Assembly: GCA_964106645.2 (NCBI GenBank)
Contig: OZ067043.1
Source: Podarcis pityusensis
Taxonomy: Eukaryota
Length of the DNA: 64,000 nucleotides
Direction: 5' to 3' (one strand)
In this document: piece after piece, positions 51,270 to 63,160 of the stretch
Layout of the letters: each line of letters begins with the position of its first letter
Position numbering within the stretch: position 1 is the stretch's first letter
Notes under the pieces: model-generated
Seen by the model: only the letters and a program-made list of their open reading frames with translations
Database searches by the model: none
Told to the model about the DNA's origin: nothing
Made by a program: the position numbers and the translations under genes

Positions 51270-51428
51270 TCATATTTTTCCATCTATAAGACACCCCCTA
51301 TTTTGGGGGACTCAGATTTAAGAAAATGGGGGGAGAGGTATCCGTGTATAAGACGCCCCCTAATTTTTGACATTATTTGTTAGGGGAAAAACCTAGTCAC
51401 AGAAAAACCTAGTCACAGAAAAATATGG
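51270..51428. mobile_element. Short decayed Tc1/mariner-type MITE
   Basis: ta|tcatatttttccatctataagac...gaaaaatatgg|ta; ends related to the 41811 element. Confidence 0.6.
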
Positions 51429-54400
51429 TATATGGTGGTTGTCTTTTATAGTGAAACTTGGTAGAGTGATGATCTGACTGGCTCAACCATGCAATCCCCC
51501 CCCCCCCGCCACTTGAAATCGGAAGCTCCTCCTCTCCTGTACCTTTTAATGCTCTGGATGCACAGCGCCAGCTCAGCTTCCCTTTAAAAGTCACCAGTAA
51601 AATGAAGCTACTCATTAAGTTCAAAGGATGAAGCAAGCACAGGACAGATGTTTCTTTTGGCCCCTGGGTGGGGAGGCAGCCACCTAAACCCTCCAGGTGC
51701 CAAGGGTCGATTCACGTAATGCCGTCTCTGCCCACGCAACCATCCCCAGCGGGTACAATGAGAGATAAACAAAGGTGGTGACTTCCCAGCTGCAACAATT
51801 ACAGGAGCGGTTGCTGGCTCGGTCTGTAATTACTCTGTGCATGCATTGCATTTGTCCGCATGAGCTGTGTGAGTAGAAACCATACAGTGAACCAGCCACA
51901 ACCCTCTGGGGCCTCTTGCTATATGAAGGCCAGTCACCCCCTGGAGCCTGGAGCGTTGCCCACCAGCTCCATGCCTCCAGTTCAGTGGTGGTTGCTGCCC
52001 ATTGGGGCAGGTAGGGCCCAACAGTCAGTGACACCACAGAGAATGCCAGGCAGAGCCAACTACTTCTAATGTTGCCCCCATCCTCCTCCCTGCTGACTTG
52101 TGCAATGGCAGCGCCTGAGACTAAGGAGTAGGAAACTGATGGTAAGGCCCACCTCCTGGACTGGTTGTAAACGAGGAAGGCAGGCAGGTGGGGGCAGGAT
52201 GAGGTTGGTGGGGCAGCAAAGGAACATGCCAGCAGGCCACAGGGAAGGAAGGGTGCTTGAGAGTCTGCCTAGCACCCCAGACTCCTGTCTAGGAGGAGGC
52301 CAGCTAGTAGCTGGCCAGGGTGCTATCACCATTTCCTTCCTGAGGTTCTCAACCGATCACATCCCCCTTCCTCCCACTAGGCGGTGCCATTTTCCCTTCT
52401 TTGTCTTCCCTCCAGAACAGAGTCCACAATACAGCAGGGTTCCCTTTATTGTCAATGTGATGATTTGGCAGTTCCCTGGGGGCCACACCCGGCCACTCTT
52501 GACATCGCCTCTTTTCCAATACTTGTTTGACTTGTTCTCTATCTGTGTGCTTCACTTGTTGCCTTAGGGCTATGCTCTGTTCGTTTGTACAAAGTGGGGG
52601 GGGGGGGGGGGAGAGAGAGAGGAATCCAGGTCTTTCCCCAAGAAGTCGGAGCTGCTGCTGAGATGTCTTCACGTCAACAGTAAAAGAATATATGAAGAGG
52701 CAGGACTGCAAGCTTGGCCTGTGAGCAGCACCAGCTTCCTCAGCTGTGCAGCAGCCGCTTGGACTCCCCCATTAAATCCTGGTCAATATCTTCCTGCCCT
52801 GGTGCCTCTGAACCCGTTTCTCAGATCAGTGGCTCAGGCAACAAGCCCAGATGCATGCAGCCGTCTCCTGCATCACCCCCCATAACCAATCAATTGGCAA
52901 TGCGGAGCTGCTGAATTAACAGTTCCTCATCTCCTCCAGGACTAGCATTCACAGGGACCCAAATTCCCCATTAAATGTGTGTTCTCCTTACTTCCTCTGG
53001 ATGGCCTGATCCAGGTGGACCAGGCACAGAGCAATCATTTCCATTATCATCACTCTCCAGAGCAGTTTAATTCATGCTGCTCTTTGTGGCTGCAACTGCC
53101 AGTTCTTCCAAGTGCTCAAATGCTAAATAATAGACTTCTCAGGAAGATAATAAGCCCTGATTTACAGATCTTCTGAAATTAATCACTTAGCTAGCAGAAC
53201 CCACACAACTCTTTGGGGTCCTTGCAGCAAGGGTCTTTTGTTCCATGCTTAAAGCACATTGGCAGCATTTGTATGTCACACAGTAAAGCCTAGCTAATGG
53301 TTTGCCATGACTGTACAGATGGTTCCCACGCAGCTCCTCTCCTCGTATGTGGGAGCAACAACCCACATTCCCCATCTTAGTGTTACATCCAAACCAGCAA
53401 TCCCTAATAATTGGTTAGGCAATATTTTCTTAAGTGAAGTGAAGCCTAATCCTTGGGTCAGGAAGAATTCTAAACCAAGAATTATGGTTTGCTGCTCCTG
53501 TTCACCAAAATGGGAGCCATCTTTGTGTTCACAGGAAGCCATTAACAATGGTGTGCTGTAATGTACGAACTGGGCCAATTATTTTGTGATTTCTGCCACG
53601 TTACCATAATGGTGGTGTTGCCATGAGGATACCTGAGTCTGCAAGAAGGAGATTCTCACCTAGAACAATCTGAAGTGGTTCCATTGCTCACTGAATGTAC
53701 AGTATTTTCCCAATTGATACCATTCTATTTTACAGGTTCATACAATCTGTAGCTAAAAGCCATTACACAACCTTGACCATCTTTGATAACAGCCATAAAA
53801 TCCTGTATTCTGCTTTTGCTTTGCAAAAGGCTTTCCCTCAAATCCTGAATGAAAAGTGGTTGAATAAAATATCCCCTAAACTTTTTAGACTGAGGTTATC
53901 ATAATAGATCTAGTTGTTGCACACAATTGAGAGAATAGGGTATTCTCAACTTGGATTCAAATTGATTTAAAAAGACATTAAAATGATGTAAGCCTTTAAT
54001 TCCTTGCTGCTATTTTTTAAAGATATATAGCCAGTTTCCAATTCCTAGTAATTTTATTTTTACTGTTTCCATGGCAAAGACCCATCCAAATAGCATGGAG
54101 AAATCAGCCCTCTGGGGATCCAGCTCATTGCAGAAGCCTACTTGAGTATTCATGAAATAATGAATGAACAATTACAAATAAGTACAGCTCACCCATTTAC
54201 TCCCGGTGCCATCCTAGACAGAGTGCTGGAAACTAGCCTCTCCTCACAACTCTTTCTCTACTTCTGAATTCATAGCAGAAACAGCTGGAGTCTAGCAAGC
54301 CTGAGTTTTCCTTATGGGCAGAACCTCAGATCTGCCACCAAATCAAGTCAAATGTGCTAGACATCCTGCAGACATCATGTGTGTGTTCAAAAGAGAAAAT

Positions 54401-55185
54401 AACCCGTGTGTGATGGTTGCATGTTACAGTGCGCTTGCTTGTTTCCTATTCCTTCCCACACAGATGTGCCCTTGCACATGGCTTTTGTAACTTGCAGTGC
54501 AGTCCTCCCTCACACAGTGGCCATCAGCCAGCACCACACCTCCCTCCCTGCCCCATTTTTCTGCATTCCTTTCTTATCAGAGTGCATGCATCAATAACGC
54601 TCATATCCCAAGGTGCTTTTGGAGACTTCACAATGGGTATCTGAGTTCGATTCCAACCTTATTCGGCTCTTGTCCTGGATGGTGTTGGGCTCCTTCGCAT
54701 GGCTCGCAGGAAGGGTCCTAAATCCAGGGTGTAATTAATTGATGGCCATTCTCCTCCTGAATGGCACTGTCTAACTTGTTTGTTTTCACTCAGTAGGCTA
54801 GGAGGAGAGGCAACATTCCTCCCTGTATCCTTGGGAGCCATTGGTCGCTCCAGCCTGTCTGCCTGCCTGCCTGATTGGCTTGCAGCTAGAGAACTGCTTG
54901 GCCCTTAGCAGCAGAGACAGGAGTTTAAGAGAAACTTGGCCTAATTTGCCTCCAGTTATGCCATGTCAATGTACAGGGAGCTGTGTGTTCCAGTTTAGCA
55001 TCTTTGATGCTGGGTTTTCTGCACCTGCTTTGTTCTAGGCTGGTTGGTTGTCTACATCCAGTTCAAAACAAGTTATCTATTGCTAAGGAGTTTGTCTTGG
55101 CAGAGCAGAGAGGTTTTCTTTTGTTATTATAAGTCAGGATGCAGATAGTCACCCAAAGGATGATGGGTGCTGTTGAATAGACTTG

Positions 55186-55270
55186 GGCTGCAGTCCTGTA
55201 CTGATTAATCTGGAAGTAAGCCCCATTGAACTCAGCAAGCCTTACTTCTGAGTAGGTGTGTATAGGATTT
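55186..55270. mobile_element. Short palindromic MITE-like repeat
   Basis: gcagtcctgta..gaagtaagcccc..cttacttc..tataggatt; sister copy at 56114-56203. Confidence 0.55.
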
Positions 55271-56113
55271 TGTGCTACAAAAAATGATGAAAAGGCATAA
55301 TTTTTATATTTTATTGGCTCAGCCATTTTGCAAGTTTTCCAGCCACCAGCGATCCATCATCAGCCATAGGTTTACACAGCAGAACATTAAAATAGATTTG
55401 GTCATTTGCCCAGGGTGATGGTGCTTGGCTACTCTGCTCTGAGGACAAAAGAAAAACCCTTTGTTCTCAGGGTAAAATGCCCAGGTAGAGAACCATTTTC
55501 TTGGAGCTCCTGCCAGTGAATACATTTTAGATCTATTGTTGTTGTTGTTGTGAACAAGCACCTGTACAATATACCTGTGCAGCCCCCTGACGAGTTGAAG
55601 AGGCAACAATGTTAACTGTCTTAAAAAAAACAAAATCCTAGTTATTTCAACCATGGCCCACCAGCATGCATTGCTTCTGTTTAACTTCAATTCATTTCAG
55701 TTGGGTTTGAATGGAGTCCCCATTCATAATCCAAGGATGTACAGCTGTGGTTTCTGTCAAATTACTTCCTTTATATTCTGAGCTGAGGGAGTAATAGTCT
55801 ATTCAAGGGATTAGTAGTACGATCCGAGACATCCATCCGTTTTAGATTTTCCTCCAGATGTGAACCCACAAGGTGCATCTCGCTGGCGCTTACCTCTCAG
55901 CTCCCGCATCTGCAATAGCAGGGTGGAGACATACATTATGGGCCTATTGTGTAACAAGTATTTGGATAATGTATAGGAAGTGCTTCTAAATTGCTATATC
56001 AATGCAAATTATTATTATTGATTCACTTACGGCTGTAGTATTTAAATGCTAATGCTTTCCGTTATGCAACTGTTTAAAAACAGAAATACATAACAGACAC
56101 GTCCAGTCTCTGA

Positions 56114-56203
56114 GAGTGCAATCCTAGGCATGTCTGTTAAAAAGTGATTCCCAGTGAGTTCAGTAAGACTAACTCCCAAGTAACTCTGTACAGGATTGCA
56201 GCC
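56114..56203. mobile_element. Short palindromic MITE-like repeat
   Basis: Inverted ends tgcaatcct ... aggattgca. Confidence 0.55.
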
Positions 56204-56959
56204 TGATGTACATAAACTCTTTCTCCCCCCCCCCCTCCAGTTTCCTTTTGTGTATCTAATAGCATAAAAGTGTATTGCTGTTGTTGTTTTCATTGGAAAG
56301 AGGATCTGAATTTGTGTATGTGAGTCATAATGAGTTCCAAATCAAAGAACTGAAGTTCTGATTACATAGTGGGCACTACCTAAGTGGGGAATACAGCAGC
56401 ACCACTAGCAGTTTTATTATTATTATGAATCAGTCCAAAGAAAGGGACGTGTTTGAGGTTCTGTGCACCTGCAGTGAGTGAGGCTGTGAGAAAGCTGGAG
56501 GCATTGCCCTTTTAAGAAGCACCATTCCTGGAGCGGCAAGCCTTGCGCAAGCAGGTTCCTTGTACATGCAAAAACGTACACAAGCAAAATGTGCTGCAAA
56601 AGTTGGTGTAAAAGGAAAGGAGGTGGAAGGGAAAGAAAGCACCAGGCTCCAGCCTGTGAATGATTGGCACTGGCCCACCCATTGGAGAAGTCAAATGGGG
56701 GCGGGGGGGGGGGGAGAGGTTTCAGCCAGGGTATCTGGCCCAGGCTGCTGTCCAGCGTAGCCTAGGCAGTTCTGCTTGTCTGACTAGCACAGGCTTCTTC
56801 CTTCAGTTCATCACAACGAAGATTTGCACTGATTGAACAGTCACCCCACCCCACTCCACCCATGGTCGTCTTGTAAACTGGCTCTAAGAAGAGATGGAAC
56901 CCCAATTTCTTTCTTTTACAAAATATTTCACAGGCTACAGAAGTCCTGAATTCTGCTCT

Positions 56960-57122
56960 TAGGAACATAGGGAACTGTCTTACACTGAATCTGAACATTG
57001 ACCCATGTGATCCATAATCGTCTATATCGACTGGCAGCAGCTTATCCCAGGTTGCAGCCCTAACTGGAGATGACAAGAATTGGGAACCTCTGTGTGCAAG
57101 GCAAACGCTCCAGTCCTTCCCC
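56960..57122 (-). mobile_element. Decayed tRNA-Ala-type SINE
   Basis: taggaacataggg tail...gactggcagcagct...cagccctaactggagatg...tgcaaggca; same layout as the 8683 copy. Confidence 0.6.
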
Positions 57123-57142
57123 ATTTTACAAACAAGAGGCTA

Positions 57143-57410
57143 CCTAGTCCAGCATCCTGTCTTACAGTGGCTGACTAGATGCCGGTGGGAAACCCACAAG
57201 CAGGATTCAAGCACAGGAGCCCCCTCCCCTCCTGCGGTTTCCAGCAACTAGTATTCAGAAACATACTCTCTCTGAGCATGGAGGCAGAGCATAGCCATCA
57301 TGGCTAGTGGACCCTGCTTGCCTTATCCTCCACAAATGCATTTAATCCTTTTTTTAAAGCCATCCAAATTGGTGGCCACCACTGCCTCTTGTGGCAGTGC
57401 GTTCTACAGT
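57143..57410 (-). mobile_element. CR1-group LINE 3' fragment (second family)
   Basis: ctagtccagcatcctg..acagtggc..caagcagga...ggaggcagagcatagccatcatggctag...ttaaagccatccaa..tggtggcca. Confidence 0.65.
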
Positions 57411-58109
57411 CAAGGATAGGTGAGAAATCTAATAAATAAATAGATTAAGGACGCCTGCCTGAAACCTTGCCAATCATTGCGGACAGCAGTGAGCTAGATG
57501 GACTAACGGTCTGACCCGGTACGAGGCAGCCTCTTATCAATTCCTGTCCACACTTGTTATTGAAATTCAACACAGAGTTTGGCTGCTTAATTCCCACTTT
57601 GAGTGGGAGTTGAACTGCTTCTGTGCAGAAATCCATCCAGAATGTTTGCCTACACAGTCGGCGTTTTTGTGCATGTTTATACAAGGACAGCATACAAGTA
57701 GTATTTCTGTGGTGTCACTTTCTCAATAGACTGCGTAACAGCAAAATGAAAATTATGGGCATTTGAACAGCTGCTGAGAATGAATAGCATGCCATGGCAA
57801 AAAAACAGAAGCACTCTTCTTTCAGCTCCCAAAACCTTGGTACTAGCCATTATAGCCACATCAACTTTGTGTTGTAGTTTAAAAATAAAAATAAAAATGC
57901 AGAATGGGTCTACGCATCCAAATGCACCAGGCACAGAAGTTGCATTGTGTGTATTTACAATACATTATAAATTGGCTTTTTAAAAGGATTTAACTGTTGG
58001 GGTTTTCCCAAATGGAATTTCTCATGTTGCGAGAGAACCCCAGTGTTCAGGACACCAGAAGCCGTTCCTCCAGTCCCAGATATATGGAAGCTGGCTGCAA
58101 TTCCCCAAG

Positions 58110-58247
58110 AGAGGTACAGCCAGTGTGGTTTCTTCCTGGTGTTGTTGGATTGCAACTCCCATGGATGCTTGCCAACATGGCCAAGGATGTGTGGGATGAG
58201 AGTTGTAGTCCAGCAACATTTGAAGGGCACTATGTGGGCAACTCCTG
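58110..58247. mobile_element. Palindromic hAT-like MITE
   Basis: tgttgttggattgcaactccca ... tgagagttgtagtccagcaaca; sister of 63161-63463. Confidence 0.6.
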
Positions 58248-58387
58248 CTCTAAGATGTGAAGAAAAAGGTACTCTGTGCATGCTCATTACTGGTTCATTT
58301 CTTTCAGGGCTAAGCTTTGGCACTGAACATTAAGCCCCAGAGAGCCCTGATCACAGTTTACAAATTCTCTGGGAGGGATGCCTTGCA

Positions 58388-58422
58388 ATAGTAATAATAG
58401 TAATAGTAATAGTAATAGTAAT
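58388..58422 (+). repeat. (TAATAG)n microsatellite
   Basis: Read directly. Confidence 0.9.
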
Positions 58423-58423
58423 G

Positions 58424-58590
58424 AGAGCCATTGTGGTGCAATGGTTCAGAGAGTTGGGACTAGGACCTGGGAGACCAGGATATGAATCCCTACTCAGCCA
58501 CGAAGCTCACTGGATGACCTTGGGCCAGCCACCTTCTCTTAGTACCTCACAAGGTTGTTGCAGTGATGAAATGGGGGTGGGCAGGAGAGC
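58424..58590 (+). mobile_element. MIR/CORE-like SINE
   Basis: tgtggtgcaatggtt (A box-like), ggatatgaatccc (B box-like), gaagctcactggatgaccttgggccag..cctcacaaggttgttg. Confidence 0.65.
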
Positions 58591-58593
58591 CAT

Positions 58594-58791
58594 AGTCAGT
58601 AAACTCTTCATCTCAACGCCATGGGTTTGAGCCCCACATTGGACAAACGATATCCGCACTGCAGGGGGCTGGTCTAGATCATGAAATCATAGAGTTGTAG
58701 AGTTGTAAGGGACCCCAAGGGTCATCTTGCAATGCAGGAATTTCACTAAAGCATCCACGACCCTTCCTGTTCCCTTCCAATTCTATGCTTC
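58594..58791 (+). mobile_element. tRNA-Lys-type SINE interrupted by an inverted CR1 tail fragment (58680-58757)
   Basis: actcttcatctc..catgggtttgagccccacattgg..gcagggggctggtctagat [inverted CR1 tail] gaccctt..tcccttccaattcta. Confidence 0.6.
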
Positions 58792-58879
58792 ATGTACACC
58801 CCTAGAAGAAAAGACGGCATATAAACGTCAGAAATAAATAAATAACAGCCAGTCCAGATGGGCAGAGGCTGCCTGCGGA

Positions 58880-60800
58880 CATGAGCAAGCCGAGGCCCTG
58901 CTGCACTCTGTACACGCTCAGTGCCACCACCTGTTATTCCCGGGTTTCTCCTAAGGCCCGGCCATCGGCCAACAGGAGCCCGGCGGACCTCTCTAGCAGC
59001 CCTGCCGCCGCCGCCGCTGGGGGAGAAAGTGGCGGTATAACGCCGGGGAGGGCCCCACCGCGCGGCTGCCTCTCCTCTCCAGCAGCCGGGGCTGCCGCGG
59101 CTCCTTTAAGAGCCGCAGGTCTATGGAAATGAGCGTCGGCGAGCTGCTGCCGCAGCGGAGCCTTGCCGGGCTGGTTGGCAGGCGGAGAGACCTTCGCGGG
59201 CTGCGAGCAAGAGCGCACGCGGCGGCGGCGGCGGACCTGCTGGGGCTGATCGGCGGAGCCGGCGGGCGCCTCGGCCCGGATCCTCCGCTGGGCATGAAGC
59301 GCAGCTGCTGAGCGACGCGCGGACGGACGGAGCGAGAGGAAGCCGGAGTGCGGGCGGCGGCGGGAGATGGGCGGCGGCTGCGGCTGCTGCGCCCCCGGCC
59401 GGGCTGTGCTGCTGCTGCTGGCGGCGCTGGGGATCCCCCGCTCGGCCGCAGCCCGGAGCCCCCCGGGGCCGCCCTGCGCCCCCTTCAGCGGACCGGCCTG
59501 GCCGCCGCCGGAGCCGGAGCTGCTCCCCGCTTGCGCCGCGCCGCCGCTCTCGTGGCGCTGCCCGGCCGCGCGTCCTGCCCGCGGCCTCTGGGCGCACCTG
59601 CTCGGGCCGCGCTGCGGCGGCGGCGACGCGGCTGAGGACGGCGACTTGGTGCTGCTGAGCCGGCTCCTGCTGGCCCCGGAGCCGGGCCCGCGGTTCCGCA
59701 GGGGGCGCAGGCGGGCGCTGTGCATGGAGCCGGGCGCGCGCGTCCCCCTGCCGCCGGCCAGCTCGCGGGGAGGCTGCCGGCTGCGCTGCCGGTTGCGAGG
59801 CGACAGCGGCGGGAGCGAGCCGTCGGACCACCTCCAGGAGGACTTGATGCTGCCCCCTCGGGCCAGGTGCCTCCGCTCCGGGCACCCGCTGCGCCTGGAG
59901 CTCCTGTGCAGTCTCTGTGAGGAGGAGGAGGGAGAGACCTTTGTCCTGTGGAGCCTCGGCCTGGGCTCTTCTCAACAGCAGATGGAGAAGCTGTGGCAAT
60001 CCGAGGGGGCCCCCCGAGGTGGCGCGGGGAGCAGCCGCTCCAAGAGGAACGTCAACGCCAGCCCTCAGTTTCAGATGCCAGCTTACCAGGCTTCAGTGCC
60101 GGAGAACAGGCCGGCAGGGACCCCCGTGATCATGCTGCGGGCCCTGGACCCCGATGAGGGCGAGTGGGGCCGCTTGGACTACTCCATGGATGCCCTCTAC
60201 GACAGCCGCTCCAACAGCTTCTTTGCCATCGATGCCCAGACGGGGGCCGTGACAACGGCTGAGGAGCTGGACCGGGAGACCAAGAGCACCCACGTGTTCC
60301 GCGTGACGGCCACGGACCACGGCGTGCCACGCCGCACCGCCCTGGCCACCCTCATGATCACGGTGAGCGACACCAATGACCACGACCCGGTCTTTGAGCA
60401 GCAGGAGTACAAGGAGAGCATGCGGGAGAACCTGGAGGTGGGCTACGAAGTGCTGACGGTGAGGGCCACGGATGGGGATGCCAGCCCCAACGCCAACATC
60501 CTCTACCGCATCCTGAACGGGAACGGCTCCAACCGGATCTTTGAGATTGACCCCAAGTCCGGCGTCATTCGCACCAACGGCCTGGTGGACCGGGAAGCGG
60601 TTGAGGCCTACCAGCTGATGGTGGAGGCCAACGACCAAGGCAAAGACCCGGGCCCACGCAGCACCACAGCCACGATCCACATCACGGTGGAGGATGATAA
60701 CGACAACTCGCCGCAGTTCAGCGAGAAACGCTACGTGGTGCAGGTGGCCGAGAACGTGGCCTCCAACACTCACATCCTGCGGGTCAATGCGACTGACCGG
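58880..60800. promoter_or_regulatory. CpG island / CELSR2 promoter and 5' end
   Basis: Very GC/CpG-rich; TATA-like CTTTAAGAG near 59104-59112, upstream of the ATG at 59367. Confidence 0.85.
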
Positions 60801-62832
60801 GACAAAGGTAGCAATGCTCTGGTGCATTACAGCATCATGAGTGGCAACACCCGCGGCCAGTTCTACATCGATGCCCAGACAGGTAACATTGATGTGGTCA
60901 GCCAGCTTGACTATGAGATGAACAAGGAATACACCCTCCGCATTAGGGCCCAGGATGGAGGAAGACCCCCTCTTTCCAACATCAGTGGGCTGGTGACCAT
61001 CCAGGTGTTGGATGTCAATGACAACGCCCCCATATTTGTCAGCACCCCTTTTCAGTCCACGGTGCTGGAGAATGTCCCTGTGGGCTACTCTGTCATCCAC
61101 ATCCAAGCCATTGATGCGGATTCTGGGGAGAACGCTCGGCTGGAGTATGCTCTGGTTGACACGAGCTCTGATTTCCCCTTCACCATCAATAACAACACAG
61201 GCTGGATTGTGGTGGCCTCTGAATTGGACCGTGAAGCTGTGGACTTCTACAACTTTGGTGTTGAGGCCCGAGACCACGGTAGCCCCCCCATGACCTCCTC
61301 GGCCAGCGTCAGCATCACTGTCCTGGACGTCAATGATAACAATCCTGAGTTTACTCAAAAGGAATATACCATGAGGCTCAATGAAGACGCTGCTGTGGGC
61401 ACCAGTGTCCTTACAGTCTCTGCCATCGACCGGGATGTCAACAGCGTCATCACCTACCAGATCACTAATGGGAACACCCGCAATCGCTTCTCCATAACCA
61501 GCCAGAGTGGTGGGGGTCTCATCACCCTGGCCCTACCCTTGGATTACAAATTAGAGCGTCAGTACCTGCTTACCATTACTGCTTCTGATGGCACACGACT
61601 TGACACGGCCCAGGTTTTTGTGAATGTGACAGATGCCAACACACACCGACCAGTCTTCCAAAGCTCCCACTACACCGTGAACATCAATGAGGACAGGCCA
61701 GTGGGTACCACTGTAGTTATTATTAGTGCTACGGATGAGGACACGGGGGAGAATGCCCGCATTACTTACTTCATGGAAGACAGTATCCCTCAGTTCAAGA
61801 TAGATATGGATACTGGTGCTGTCACCACTCAGATGGAGCTGGACTATGAGGATCAGGTGTCCTACACATTGGCAATTACAGCCCGGGACAATGGTATCCC
61901 CCAGAAATCAGATACTACCTACCTGGAGATCCTAGTCAACGATGTAAATGACAACGCACCTCAGTTCTTAAGGGATAACTACCAGGGTTCTGTATATGAG
62001 GATGTGCCAGCTTTCACGAGTGTCCTGCAGGTTTCCGCCACCGACAGAGACTCTGGGCTGAATGGGAGGGTGTTCTATACCTTCCAGGGTGGGGACGATG
62101 GGGATGGAGATTTCATAATTGAATCCACATCGGGCATTGTTAGGACACTGCGCAGGCTGGACAGGGAGAATGTCCCATTGTATGAGCTTAGGGCTTATGC
62201 CGTCGATAAGGGCATGCCAGCCATGAGGACCCCTATTGATGTCTATATCACTGTTCTTGACGTCAACGACAACCCCCCTGTCTTTGAACAGGATGAGTTT
62301 GACATTTTTGTTGAGGAGAACAGCCCCATTGGTTTAGTGGTGGCCCGGATCACTGCCAGCGACCCAGATGAGGGCACCAATGCCCAGATCATGTATCAGA
62401 TAGTGGAAGGCAACATTCCCGAGGTCTTTCAACTTGACATCTTCTCCGGAGAGCTGACGGCACTGATGGATTTGGATTATGAGGCCAAGTCTGAGTATGT
62501 CATTGTGGTCCAGGCTACTTCAGCCCCACTCGTCAGCCGGGCCACTGTGCACGTCCGTCTGCTGGATAAGAACGACAACATCCCTGTCTTGAAGAATTTT
62601 GAGATCCTCTTCAATAACTATATCACCAACAAGTCCAGCAGTTTCCCCACGGGTGTGATTGGCAGAATCCCGGCCTATGACCCGGATGTCTCCGATACGC
62701 TTACCTACAGCTTTGAGCAAGGCAACGAACTGAGGCTGGTGCTCCTGAACCACAGCACTGGAGAGCTACGTCTGAGCAGGGCCTTGGATAACAACAGGCC
62801 TTTGGAAGCGATCATGAGAGTATCTGTGTCAG
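59367..62832 (+). CDS. CELSR2: CELSR2 exon 1 (signal peptide, prodomain, cadherin repeats); gene continues beyond the window
   Basis: gagATGg start; hydrophobic signal AVLLLLAALG; RSKR then NVNASPQF; repeated cadherin motifs (LDRE/LDYE, DxNDNxPxF, AxDxD); donor TCAG|gtaagg at 62832; 3466 nt. Placement after SARS1 supports CELSR2 over CELSR1/3. Confidence 0.95.
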
Positions 62833-62974
62833 GTAAGGTGGCAAATGCATTCCTGTGCATGTTGGTTTGGATCTCAAGTTTTGGGGGAAAGAGAGGCTTT
62901 TGGAGCAATCTAGTTGCTCCAAAACTCTGCATTCCTACCTCATGCTCTCCTAACCTTGTGACTAATCTCAAATG

Positions 62975-63083
62975 GGAAGGGACCCAAGGGTCATCTAGTC
63001 CAACCCCCTGCAATGCAGGAATCTCAGCTAAAGCATCCATGACAGATGGCCATCCAACCTCTGCTTAAAAACATCCAAGGAAG
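62975..63083 (-). mobile_element. CR1 LINE 3' fragment in CELSR2 intron 1
   Basis: ggaagggacccaagggtcatctagtccaaccccctgcaatgcagga..gatggccatccaacctctgcttaaaa. Confidence 0.8.
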
Positions 63084-63160
63084 CTTTTAAAGAAAGGGCG
63101 TCTGATCCCACCCAGAAAACTTTTGCTAAATAACCATTCTGAATATGTGGTATATGGCCA

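Noticed and set aside
51660-52340. GC-richer block with short ORFs between SARS1 and CELSR2 (possible small gene or LINE ORF1 relic)
   Set aside because: No coherent frame, splice structure or recognisable motif; probably decayed repeats that I cannot assign.
47685-52388. CTCF-like sites (CCAGCTGGTGGCA near 47685, CCACTAGGCGGTGC near 52374)
   Set aside because: Each has mismatches at informative positions; cannot be supported without PWM scoring or ChIP data.
58934-59999. 263-aa and 292-aa minus-strand ORFs
   Set aside because: Low-complexity Ala/Arg/Pro/Gly translations expected from stop-poor CpG-island DNA.
60093-61358. 421-aa minus-strand ORF
   Set aside because: Antisense shadow of the GC3-rich CELSR2 cadherin exon; no recognisable domain.
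62833-63068. C-terminal extension of the 1233-aa CELSR2 ORF
   Set aside because: Read-through past the strong donor AG|GTAAGG at 62832 into intron and CR1 sequence.
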